Origin: an uncultured Eubacteriales bacterium
Lineage (GTDB): Bacteria > Bacillota > Clostridia > Oscillospirales > UBA644
NCBI GenBank assembly: GCA_900547165.1
Contig: URFZ01000001.1
Coordinates: 11,631 to 75,630 of the forward strand
DNA: 64,000 nt
Direction of reading: 5' to 3'
A program made the position numbers and the translations under genes. This document shows, piece by piece, positions 1-8,714 of this stretch (the stretch's first letter is position 1; each line of letters starts with the position of its first letter). The notes under the pieces were generated by a model. The model was given only the letters and a program-made list of their open reading frames with translations. It searched no databases and was not told where the DNA came from.

Positions 1-729
1 CAATTGCTTCTTCGGAAGCGTTTTTATAAGAATCAGCGTATATGCGACTGTTATAGCTATCAGAACGGCTATATGGATCAGCTGCCCTTGCATGGCGACA
101 TCAGCATCATTAGCAAACGTACCAAGCGTGTTAATAGCAGAGTGAACGATGATACAGGGAAGCATGCTTCCGCCGCGATAAAAAATAGTTACAAGCATAA
201 AGCCTACCGCAACCGCAAATACAATCTGGCACAGATTGCTTACCAAGCCCATGCCGCTGCCGTTGAAAAGGTTGATAATGTGCCCTATGCCGAAAGTTAC
301 GCTTGAAATAATTATTGCGGATTTCACATTATCCTTTGCAATAGAAGCAAACAGAAGCCCCCTGAAAATCACTTCCTCCAGAAATCCAACGCAGAGCATG
401 CACACGATGCGGCAAACCGTTTCTGTCGGCGAATAGTTTACGGCAAAACCGTTCCAAAGATTTCCCGACGCCAATACCAAAAGCGGCACATAGTAAAGGA
501 ACCGCCATGCAGGAACCTGCGATCTGCAAAGCCCATAGCGCTTCTGCAATCCGTTCTTTCGTATAAAGCCGAGAAGAACGATCGTCTGCAATATGCAGAA
601 AACTGCGCTTGCGGAGTATTCGATTCCTATTATTTCGTTCAGCGGATTCGCCAGGGACTGCAAAACACAATAAATAACCATCCATACAATTGCAAATGTC
701 AGCTCGTTTTTCTCATATAACTTTTTCAT
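1..729 (-). CDS. CPBP (CAAX-type) intramembrane protease family protein, C-terminus off-window
   Basis: The gene runs off the window, so it is absent from the ORF track. A minus-strand ATG at 729..727 lies a few nt after GGAGGAG. Hand translation gives MKKLYEKNELTFAIVWMVIYCVL...GFLEEVIFRGLLF...TFGIGHIINL. This shows the EExxxR and FxxxH motifs of CPBP proteases plus several TM helices. The frame stays open to base 1. Track ORFs 4..306, 236..436 and 329..685 are shadow frames. Confidence 0.8.
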   Translation of the reverse strand, partial: MKKLYEKNELTFAIVWMVIYCVLQSLANPLNEIIGIEYSASAVFCILQTIVLLGFIRKNGLQKRYGLCRSQVPAWRFLYYVPLLVLASGNLWNGFAVNYSPTETVCRIVCMLCVGFLEEVIFRGLLFASIAKDNVKSAIIISSVTFGIGHIINLFNGSGMGLVSNLCQIVFAVAVGFMLVTIFYRGGSMLPCIIVHSAINTLGTFANDADVAMQGQLIHIAVLIAITVAYTLILIKTLPKKQL

Positions 730-806
730 TTTATCTCCTCCTGTATTATAATACCTCAACACACTTATCGCCGTAATCGGCAGCCTTTTGCAAGCGACTT
801 CACCGT

Positions 807-1986
807 CTATTCCCGCGCGGGCTTATAGTCTATGCCCGCCTTCCGCGCCTGAGCACACAAGTCCTTTGTTTGAAGCTTATACTGCCTGCCATCCTTAATG
901 CCGTTTTTCCCCAGCAGTATCAGCCTATATTCACGGTCATAGTTCTCCGCAAAATAAAAGTCCGCGCAGCGGCCCTCAGGACAATATACAATGCTCCACA
1001 TCGTCTTTTCATAGCTGCCGTCCGTTTTGGGATAGTTCTTCTGCGCTACACTCTCCAGCATGTCCCGCACCTGCGGCGCGCCAGCGGGCCCGCTGTATGC
1101 CGCAAGGGTATCGTACCGCTCACGCGACTGCGCCGAGCCAACGCCCCTCTTTTCGCAGTCGGTAAGATAATGGTTTGTGACCACTTTTGTTTCGCTAACC
1201 AGCATTTCTCCGTTAACATACTCCACAACAATGCTTTTGCCGTGCGCATCCGCAATGGACAGATGATGAGAAATGCCTATGGATGAATTCATGTCATACT
1301 GCTTCAGCAGCGCAACGGCTTCGTCCACGTCTGCCGCTTTATCCAGCAGCAGGCGAATGGCCGTGGTGGTGGTCAGGTTCACCTTACCTGTCCGCTGGTA
1401 CGTTTCCTCGTCATCCCCCGCCGTCAAGTCGGCCACAACAAGCCCTTTGGCATTCATGCCGTCCAGCGGAACATAAATCGCCGTTATGCTCTGCATCCGT
1501 TCCGTCATCGATCCGTCCGGCGCATACTTATCGCCAAAACCTAAAAAATCTAGGCAGCAGGTAGATACCGACTCATATCCGTTTTTCGGGCTTGGTATGC
1601 ACTATCATGGTTTCACATTCTGCCCAGTCATAGTTGCGTCCAAAGAAGTAAGTGCCGTTTTCATCCTGCGTATATATCGTGGAGCAGCCGAAACTTCCAG
1701 TCGTCACATTTCCATCCGCCTTGTAAAAGCCATGCGACAGGAACGAAACCAAATATTCCGCAACTTCGCCGTCGCTTGCGGCGCCGCCATTAGCAAGGAA
1801 ATCATCAAACCCGTAGTCCCCCGCAAACTCCATTGCATAAAGCCCATCTTCAAGTTTTTCTATGCTGTTTGCAGCCTTTACGAACGGCCCGAACATCACC
1901 GCCGCTCCGGCGGCAATAATAATCAGCAATACCCCTATCGTTATGCCTATCCACTTCAAAGCACGCTTTGCCGTGCGTTTTTTCAT
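807..1986 (-). pseudogene. C45/Ntn-hydrolase family (acyl-CoA:6-APA acyltransferase / linear amide hydrolase-like) gene split by a 1-nt frameshift
   Basis: ORF 1573..2037 has its likely start at ATG 1986 after GAGGAGG. It encodes a signal anchor (MKKRTAKRALKWIGITIGVLLIII) and a Cys-nucleophile motif (SFGCSTIYTQDENGTYFFGRNYDW). It stops at ...HTKPEKRI*. ORF 807..1508 carries the rest of the fold (PLDGMNAKGLVVADL, TTTTAIRLLLDKAADVDEAV). A frame change at the T5 run 1582..1586 joins the two seamlessly. Confidence 0.7.
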
Positions 1987-2055
1987 ATTATCCTCCTCAT
2001 TCCGCAGCAACCTGTCGTTCGGTAGCCAAACGGTCAAAATAAAAGCAACTCGCGC

Positions 2056-2469
2056 TCAATCGGCCTCTATTCCCGCTTCCCAAAGCACATATTCATACCA
2101 TTCCTCATCAGTCTGCCTAAATCCTACTGACAGGAACATGCGGCGGCTTTGCGCATTAAAGGAATAGATATTTGCCGTAACCTTCGCCATTTCCTTTTCC
2201 TTTGCAAGCTTCAGCATATCAATAACGCAGCGCCGGCCGATATGCTTGTTCTGGTATTCTTTGCAAATCACAATGGCTATTTTCCCGCTGTCCCGCAGGG
2301 AAACATCCCCTACCAGCACACCGTTGTATTCTATATAATAGCAATCGCCATGTGCGCAGAGATAATCATACATGCTGTGCAGCAGTTCCGTATCGTATGG
2401 CTTGTCCCTATTGTCCACCTGCTTACATACATCCAAATCCTGATACCAACGGCTGGTTGTTATTATCAT
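2056..2469 (-). CDS. GNAT family N-acetyltransferase
   Basis: The acetyl-CoA binding core is visible (IAIVICKEYQNKHIGRRCVIDMLKLAKEKEM, SFNAQSRRMFLSVGF). I placed the start at ATG 2469 (MIITTSRWYQDLD...). The upstream part of track ORF 2056..2577 is a shadow frame of the YjbR remnant. There is no clear SD, so the start is uncertain. Confidence 0.6.
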   Translation of the reverse strand: MIITTSRWYQDLDVCKQVDNRDKPYDTELLHSMYDYLCAHGDCYYIEYNGVLVGDVSLRDSGKIAIVICKEYQNKHIGRRCVIDMLKLAKEKEMAKVTANIYSFNAQSRRMFLSVGFRQTDEEWYEYVLWEAGIEAD

Positions 2470-2593
2470 CGTAGCACACCGCGGCAAACATTTTATCGCC
2501 AACCATGTACCGTAGCCAGTTCCACTCCGCCTTAAAATCCTTCTTAACACCTTTTTTCGCCAGCAAATATTCATCAAGCCAGCCGTATTTCAT
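2423..2593 (-). pseudogene. Truncated MmcQ/YjbR-family gene (N-terminal ~56 aa only)
   Basis: ATG 2593 follows GAGGGGG. MKYGWLDEYLLAKKGVKKDFKAEWNWLRYMVGDKMFAAVCYDDNNNQPLVS resembles the N-terminal half of YjbR/DUF419 proteins. It then terminates (..GFGCM*). No other frame continues the homology. The 3' end overlaps the GNAT start. Confidence 0.5.
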
Positions 2594-2607
2594 GCATTTT
2601 CCCCCTC

Positions 2608-3240
2608 TCAAGCTTCATTAGGCTTGCCGTACACCTTATAAAACTGCCTTATGTGCCGCTCTATCAGCCCAACCACTTCATCCTCGCGTTCCGGCTCGCG
2701 GTCGCAAAGGTTTATCCAAACCGATATGGGCAGGCATAGCTGCGCCGCCATTATCTCTGGATCGTCATCAATAAGTCTCCCGTTCTTAATCAGGAATTTC
2801 ACAAGCCCCGTAAAATAGCGCATCACATCAGCATAATTTTGCTTTGTTTGCAGCGCGCTCAGCTCAGCGTTTTGGAACTGCTCTATCGTCAGCATTTTGC
2901 GGGATTTACTTATTTGCGGGTCATGCAAAATATAGCGCACATGTCCAAGAACCATCTGCAGCGCCGCGTCCGGCGTAACGTCCTGCTTATCCTTTGTAAA
3001 AGCAGGATCGTCCCAATCCGCCCGCGCGAATATGGAGCGCTTTTCATACTGCTCTAAGCTATGCCGCACAAGTGCATCCAGTATTTCCTGCTTGCTTTTA
3101 AAGTGGCTGTACATGGATGCCTTACGTATGCCCACCGCGTTTGCTATCTGCGCAATGGAAGTGGCTTCATATCCCTGCACTGAGAATAAATCCAATGCCT
3201 TGTCCAAAATCGCTTTCTTGGTGCTGCCCTGCTCAACCAT
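2608..3240 (-). CDS. TetR/AcrR family transcriptional regulator
   Basis: The N-terminal HTH is KKAILDKALDLFSVQGYEATSIAQIANAVGIRKASMYSHFKSKQEIL. I moved the start to ATG 3240 (MVEQGS) because GGAGGG lies about 7 nt upstream. Confidence 0.9.
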   Translation of the reverse strand: MVEQGSTKKAILDKALDLFSVQGYEATSIAQIANAVGIRKASMYSHFKSKQEILDALVRHSLEQYEKRSIFARADWDDPAFTKDKQDVTPDAALQMVLGHVRYILHDPQISKSRKMLTIEQFQNAELSALQTKQNYADVMRYFTGLVKFLIKNGRLIDDDPEIMAAQLCLPISVWINLCDREPEREDEVVGLIERHIRQFYKVYGKPNEA

Positions 3241-3280
3241 TCTGCTGCCCTCCTGCATGAAATAATACCGCTAAGATTAT

Positions 3281-3298
3281 ACCTACCGACCGATAGGT
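3281..3298. promoter_or_regulatory. Inverted repeat, candidate TetR operator
   Basis: ACCTACCGACCGATAGGT (ACCTA-N8-TAGGT) lies about 40 nt upstream of the TetR start, in the divergent TetR/kinase intergenic region. This is only a candidate. Confidence 0.3.
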
Positions 3299-3463
3299 TG
3301 TCAAGAAAAAGTCATTCTCATCCGTAGAAGCATCGCTATAACCAGTCGTTCTCAGTGCTCCTCACATTTATCAGCTTTTTTATTGTCAAATGGACGTGAA
3401 GATCTGCATGTGGTATTATAAGTTTATGTAGGATAATCATCGGCAGGAAGGAACGGGCCTATT

Positions 3464-4324
3464 ATGAACTTAAAAGAAATACTTGCACAAATGTGCCTCA
3501 GCGAACAGGCTGAGGCAACGCCGTTCAAAAGCGCGGAGGACGGCACGGATTACGCCGTATGGAAAATAAACGACGGCAATACCGCATACGTTCTGAAAAA
3601 GGCAAGCGAGCAAGAACTGTCTGTTTACAATACTTTTTTGGTGTCTGCCGAGCGCGCTGTTCCGCACCTTTACAAAAGCCTTAACTATTGCGGCGAACTG
3701 TTTTTACTTATGGAATACATAGAAGGGCACGACCTGCGGAAGTGCGACCGCGAATCGCTGACTGCGGTTCTTGACGCCTTGATTTATTTACAGAATATGT
3801 ATTGGGAAAGACGTGAATGTCAGGCTGTCGATCTCACTTTTGAGGCAAGCCTGCCGAGGCAGCAAAACCGAGGCAAGTATTTGAATGATGCGGATTTAGA
3901 GCATGCCTATGCAAAGTATCTGAGGCTGTATTCAAGCGTCCCTCGGGCGCTATGCCATGACGATCTTTTGCCGTTTAATGTACTGTGTGCAAACGGTCAT
4001 GCAACTATAATCGATTGGGAATATGCCGCAATACTGCCCTATCCAACATCACTTGCCCGCCTTATCGCCCACGGCGAAGAAGACGAATCGGCCTTTTTCT
4101 ATATGACGCAGGCAGACAAAGACTATGCCATAGAATATTACTTTGAGCATTTGTTAAAAGAAAATGGCATCGATTACAATGATTACCGCAGGACGCTGGA
4201 TTATTTTCTGCTCTATGAGTATTGCGAATGGATTATGCTTGGCGTGAAGTATAATGAAACAGACTCCGAACGGTTTCAAAAGTACTATGCAAAAGCAAAG
4301 GAGCATATCAAAACGCTGGCATAG
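3464..4324 (+). CDS. APH/choline-kinase fold phosphotransferase family protein
   Basis: The catalytic loop LCHDDLLPFNVL (HxDxxxxN) is followed by IIDWEYA. The ATP-lysine context is AYVLKKA. Length is 286 aa. The gene is divergent from the TetR gene. Confidence 0.8.
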   Translation: MNLKEILAQMCLSEQAEATPFKSAEDGTDYAVWKINDGNTAYVLKKASEQELSVYNTFLVSAERAVPHLYKSLNYCGELFLLMEYIEGHDLRKCDRESLTAVLDALIYLQNMYWERRECQAVDLTFEASLPRQQNRGKYLNDADLEHAYAKYLRLYSSVPRALCHDDLLPFNVLCANGHATIIDWEYAAILPYPTSLARLIAHGEEDESAFFYMTQADKDYAIEYYFEHLLKENGIDYNDYRRTLDYFLLYEYCEWIMLGVKYNETDSERFQKYYAKAKEHIKTLA

Positions 4325-4403
4325 AAGCTAAATCCATGTGCGGTATCCAAGTATAAAGGCCGAACGGTTATTGGCTGCTAATAATTCAAGCTTAATACTG
4401 AAC

Positions 4404-4436
4404 AAAAGGCCGCTATCGCATTGATAACGGCCTTTT
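4404..4436. terminator. Bidirectional intrinsic terminator
   Basis: AAAAGGCCG-N15-CGGCCTTTT lies between the convergent stops at 4324 and 4469. Confidence 0.7.
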
Positions 4437-4468
4437 ATTGTTATGATGATTTTATGCGTATATTGGTT

Positions 4469-5416
4469 TTAGTCCTTGAGCTGCTTGCGGTATGCTTCAA
4501 GCTCGGACGGGGAGCAATACACGAAATGCTCCGGCTCAACCTCCACCATTGAGGGCTTCTCAACTGAATAATCATGGTCCCTCTCAGGATCGTAATCCAC
4601 GCGCTTGCGCGTGCGCTCCGTAATGGGATTGGGTTCGGGTATTGCGGAAAGCAAAGCCTTTGTATACGGATGCAGCGGGTTCTTATACAGGTCGTCGCCA
4701 TTTGCAACCTCAACCAGATGGCCATAGTACATAACGCCGATACGGTCGGAGAAATACTTGACAACGGAAAGGTTATGGGCTATGAAAAGTATGCTGAGAC
4801 CCATCTCGTCCTTCAAATCGTTCAGCAGATTTATAACCTGCGCCTGCACGGAAACGTCCAGCGCGGAAACAGGCTCGTCTGCAATTACAAGCTTGGGTTT
4901 GGTGATTATCGCGCGGGCTATGCCTATGCGCTGGCGCTGACCACCCGAAAATTCGTGCGGATAGCGGGTGGCGTGTTCTTCCACAAGACCAACCTTTTCC
5001 AGCATCTCAACCACCTGACGGTGAATTTCATCGCGATCCTTCTGTCCGCGCACCTTAAGACCTTCGCCCACGATTTCCTCTATGGTCATCTTGGGGTTAA
5101 GGGATTCTATGGGGTCCTGGAATATCATGGAGATATTCGATGTAAGATAGCTCCGCAAATCTTTTGTCATCTTGCCGGAGATATCCCTGCCGTCAAACAG
5201 AACCTCGCCACCCGTGGGATCATACAGACGGATTATGGTGCGGCCCGTTGTGGTTTTTCCGCAGCCGGATTCGCCCACCAGGCCAAAGGTTTCCGCCCTG
5301 CGCACGGCAAAGCTTACGTCATCAACAGCCTTGACAACCATTTTGTTTTTGCCGTGACCGGAACTGAAGTGCTGACAAAGGTTTTTTACTTCAAGAATAT
5401 ATTCGTTTTCAGCCAT
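4469..5416 (-). CDS. Peptide/nickel ABC transporter ATP-binding protein (OppF/DppF type)
   Basis: Walker [12 protein letters not shown], signature [14 protein letters not shown], Walker [13 protein letters not shown]. The start is ATG 5416 ([10 protein letters not shown]) with GGAG upstream, overlapping the preceding stop. Confidence 0.9.
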   Translation of the reverse strand: MAENEYILEVKNLCQHFSSGHGKNKMVVKAVDDVSFAVRRAETFGLVGESGCGKTTTGRTIIRLYDPTGGEVLFDGRDISGKMTKDLRSYLTSNISMIFQDPIESLNPKMTIEEIVGEGLKVRGQKDRDEIHRQVVEMLEKVGLVEEHATRYPHEFSGGQRQRIGIARAIITKPKLVIADEPVSALDVSVQAQVINLLNDLKDEMGLSILFIAHNLSVVKYFSDRIGVMYYGHLVEVANGDDLYKNPLHPYTKALLSAIPEPNPITERTRKRVDYDPERDHDYSVEKPSMVEVEPEHFVYCSPSELEAYRKQLKD

Positions 5417-6476
5417 TTTGCACTCCACTCCCTTTCATTCTTTCTATTCTGGCCCTAAGCACTTCGGGCATCTCTATGCCGTTTGCCTTGGCCTTGGGAT
5501 GCAGCAGCCATGTTGCCGCAGCATGTGTATCGCTTATTCTGAACATAGGCGGCTCCTGCTCATAATCGATTCGCATGGCGAACTGATTTCTGGCGGCAAA
5601 AGCATCGCCCTTGGGCGGGAATATCATGTTTGGCGGCGTACCGGGAATCGCCAAAAGGCGTTCCTTGGTATGAAGATCCGGCATGGAGCTGAGCAGCGCC
5701 CATGTGTACGGATGGGCAGGTTCGAAGAATATCTCCTCGCTGGTGCCCGTTTCCACTATCTTGCCCGCATACATAACGTTCACGCGGTCCGCCATATTTG
5801 CCACAACGCCCAAATCGTGAGTTATGAATATAACGGACAGGTTGCGCTCCTTCTTGATATTGTTAATAAGCTCCAGTATCTTTGCCTGAACCGTAACGTC
5901 CAGCGCGGTGGTGGGCTCGTCACAAATCAGTATTTCCGGATTGCCGGCAAGCGCAATAGCTATAACTATACGCTGGCGCATACCGCCGGAAAACTGGAAC
6001 GGATACTGCTCAAAGCGGCGCTCCGCATCGGGAATACCAACGGCTTTCATAAGCTCAAGCGCCTTTGCGCGGGCGTCGTGCTTGTTCATCTTGTCGTTAA
6101 GCCGCAGCACCTCCGTTATCTGGTGGCCTATTTTCATTATGGGGTTCAGTGCAGACAGCGGATCCTGGAATATGAGGCCTATCCTCTTGCCGCGGATGCG
6201 GTGAAAATCATCCTCATGCACCTTTGTAAGATCCATTCCGTCATAAAGTATCTCGCCGGATTCTATTATGGCATTGTTTGCCAGAATACCCATAATGGCC
6301 TTGATGCTGACGGACTTGCCCGAACCGGACTCGCCGACTATCGCCAGCGTTTCGCCCCTGTGAAGGTTGAAATCTATGCCGCGCACAGCCTGCACCAATC
6401 CGCCGTAAGCGCGGAAGTTGATGCGAAGGTCCTTCACGCTGAGAATTACTTCTTTGTTCATATATTCATTACCCAT
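5409..6476 (-). CDS. Peptide/nickel ABC transporter ATP-binding protein (OppD/DppD type)
   Basis: Walker A GESGSGKSVS, signature FSGGMRQRIVIAIA, Walker B ILICDEPTTALD. The start is ATG 6476 (MGNEYMNKEV) just after GGAGAGGAA and 5 nt after the upstream permease stop. Confidence 0.9.
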   Translation of the reverse strand: MGNEYMNKEVILSVKDLRINFRAYGGLVQAVRGIDFNLHRGETLAIVGESGSGKSVSIKAIMGILANNAIIESGEILYDGMDLTKVHEDDFHRIRGKRIGLIFQDPLSALNPIMKIGHQITEVLRLNDKMNKHDARAKALELMKAVGIPDAERRFEQYPFQFSGGMRQRIVIAIALAGNPEILICDEPTTALDVTVQAKILELINNIKKERNLSVIFITHDLGVVANMADRVNVMYAGKIVETGTSEEIFFEPAHPYTWALLSSMPDLHTKERLLAIPGTPPNMIFPPKGDAFAARNQFAMRIDYEQEPPMFRISDTHAAATWLLHPKAKANGIEMPEVLRARIERMKGSGVQNG

Positions 6477-6480
6477 AGCT

Positions 6481-7632
6481 TTATTCCTCTCCGCGTTTTG
6501 TCGGGTCAAGGGCGTCCCTAAGACCATTGGCGAACAGGTTGAATGCAACCATCAGCAGCGAAATCAATACGGCCGGGAATATGACCTGATACGGATACTG
6601 CAGCAGCACGCTCTGTCCGTTGGAAAGCAGAATGCCTATGGAAGGCTCCGGAGGCGCTATGCCAAGACCGATATAGGCGAGGAACGCTTCCGAGAAAATG
6701 GCGCCGGGAACGGCGATCATGGCACGAATGATCAGGGGGCCTACGCAGTTGGGCAGAATGTGGCGGAATATAAGCGTCTTATCCGGTACTCCCATCGTAC
6801 GGGCAGCAAGCACGTATTCACGTCCCTTAAAGCGATAGAACTGGGCGCGGATAAGGCGAGATGTGCCTATCCAGCCCGTTACCGTCATTGCGAGTATTAT
6901 GGAGAACATACCTGCGCCGAACACCAACATGAACAGAATGGTAACGACCACGTACGGCATGCCGTCCAAAACCTCTGCCAAATGCGTAAGGAATATATCT
7001 ATCTTGCCTCCGCAATAGCCGGATATAGCGCCGTATACAACGCCTATCACAAGGTTTACCGCAACGGATACCGCGGCGATTATAAGCGATATGCGCGCGC
7101 CGCGGAAAAGCCTTGTAAGCAAGTCGCGTCCCAAATAGTCCGTGCCGAGCCAATGATATTCGCCGTCTGCCACGCCGCTGTACTTATAATAGTCAACCTT
7201 TACGTCGCACATGGTAACGTTCTTAACGTCGTGCTCGTTAAAAATCTCGATAATGCAGCCTTCAGGATATCTGTCGGTATCGTCAAGCTTATCCTTGCGG
7301 CGGTCTGTAAGCACGCGGGAACCATCGAATATGCCAAGCTTTTCAAGCCCGGGTATTTTTGGGGGCAGATTTTGCTGCGCAACATTCTGCTCAGTATAGG
7401 AATACCCTGTGATATTAGGCACTATTATGGCCATCAACACGATCAACAGTATTATTGCGCCGGAGATCATGGATACTCTGTTCTTGCTGAGCCTTATCAT
7501 TGCATCCTTGAAGAAGCCGACGGGTTTAGTTTTAAACTTTTCGTCCTTTATATCTTCCTGATGCAGGGGTTCAAAATCGGCATCGGGCAAATTTTTAATA
7601 TCGTCCGGCAGATTATTTCTATCATAAATCAT
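6481..7632 (-). CDS. Peptide ABC transporter permease (OppC/DppC type)
   Basis: Multi-TM binding-protein-dependent permease with the long N-terminal extension typical of OppC. There is a 4-nt overlap with the upstream permease gene. Confidence 0.9.
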   Translation of the reverse strand: MIYDRNNLPDDIKNLPDADFEPLHQEDIKDEKFKTKPVGFFKDAMIRLSKNRVSMISGAIILLIVLMAIIVPNITGYSYTEQNVAQQNLPPKIPGLEKLGIFDGSRVLTDRRKDKLDDTDRYPEGCIIEIFNEHDVKNVTMCDVKVDYYKYSGVADGEYHWLGTDYLGRDLLTRLFRGARISLIIAAVSVAVNLVIGVVYGAISGYCGGKIDIFLTHLAEVLDGMPYVVVTILFMLVFGAGMFSIILAMTVTGWIGTSRLIRAQFYRFKGREYVLAARTMGVPDKTLIFRHILPNCVGPLIIRAMIAVPGAIFSEAFLAYIGLGIAPPEPSIGILLSNGQSVLLQYPYQVIFPAVLISLLMVAFNLFANGLRDALDPTKRGEE

Positions 7633-8582
7633 GCTTTCTTACCTCCCACGCGCACACGGGGATCGATCAGGCCGTAGGACAGATCCACCAGCAATATGGT
7701 GACCAATGACGTCACCGAATAGAATATCAGGCATGCAACGGTAAGGAAATGGTCGCCGGCCATGATGGACTTTACCGTCAAGCCGCCCTGCCCTGGTATT
7801 GCGAAGATGTTTTCTATAACAAGAGAACCACCCATTATGCCCGTTATCATTGCGATAAGGGTATTGGAAATGGGAATAAGCGAATTACGGAAGGCATGGC
7901 GCACTATGGATTGAACCTTGGTCAGGCCCTTGGTGCGCGCAAGCAGCAGATATTCCGAAGAAATATTTTCTATCAGTTCACCGCGCAGATACCTTGCTAT
8001 TGTAGCTATAGGGCTGAGAGCCAGCGCAATGATGGGCAGCACCAAAGAGTGGAGCTGCTGCGCAAGCGTGGCGGCGTTCGTGTCGTAAAGCGTCGGGAAC
8101 CATTCCAGCTTAAATGCTAAGAAATACTGAAGGGCCGATGCAAAAACAAACGACGGTACTGATATGAATATTACCACGAAGAATGATATCACGTGGTCCA
8201 CCCATGTGTTGCGCTTAAGCGCGGCTACCGTTCCGGCAATAAGCCCCAACGGTATTGATATGAAAAGAGACAGGAAATTGACCAAAATCGTGGGCGGAAG
8301 TCGGTTGATCAATATGCCGAATACCGGCAGGCCGGGACGAAGCTTTACGGAAACACCGAAATCAAGATCGGTAACTATATCCGAAATAAAATAAAAATAC
8401 TGAACCGGCAAAGGATCGTTGAGATGGAACTTGTCTTCCAGCTGTTTCTGTATTTCAAGCGGCACCTCCGGATTTTCAAAAAGCGACATCGGCATCAGGC
8501 GCACCACGATAAAAGAAAGCGACATGATAAGGAAAAGCGTGATGAGCATTGCAGCGATGCGGGACATAATGTATCTAAACAT
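7629..8582 (-). CDS. Peptide ABC transporter permease (OppB/DppB type)
   Basis: 6-TM permease (MFRYIMSRIAAMLITLFLI...). The context is SBP-permease-permease-ATPase-ATPase. Confidence 0.9.
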   Translation of the reverse strand: MFRYIMSRIAAMLITLFLIMSLSFIVVRLMPMSLFENPEVPLEIQKQLEDKFHLNDPLPVQYFYFISDIVTDLDFGVSVKLRPGLPVFGILINRLPPTILVNFLSLFISIPLGLIAGTVAALKRNTWVDHVISFFVVIFISVPSFVFASALQYFLAFKLEWFPTLYDTNAATLAQQLHSLVLPIIALALSPIATIARYLRGELIENISSEYLLLARTKGLTKVQSIVRHAFRNSLIPISNTLIAMITGIMGGSLVIENIFAIPGQGGLTVKSIMAGDHFLTVACLIFYSVTSLVTILLVDLSYGLIDPRVRVGGKKA

Positions 8583-8640
8583 AGGATTCTCCTAACTGCA
8601 TGGGACTTCCCCGGATAAAGCCTTCGCTATTATCCGAATC

Positions 8641-8674
8641 GGGGGCATGCCGCCACATTAGGTAGCATGCCCCC
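8641..8674 (-). other. Intercistronic GC-rich stem-loop after the SBP gene
   Basis: GGGGGCATGC-N14-GCATGCCCCC (10-bp perfect stem) lies between the SBP stop (8715) and the permease start (8582). There is no U-tract on either strand. This is likely an mRNA-stabilising or partial-termination element, as is common after oppA-type genes. Confidence 0.4.
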
Positions 8675-8714
8675 GGAAGATGTGTGTTAAGTTAACGTTT
8701 GGCTGTTCAGGCGC

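Noticed and set aside
5418-7677. 367-aa and 419-aa plus-strand ORFs (5418..6521 and 6418..7677).
   Set aside because: They are antisense to the ABC ATPase and permease genes. No motifs or SD are present.
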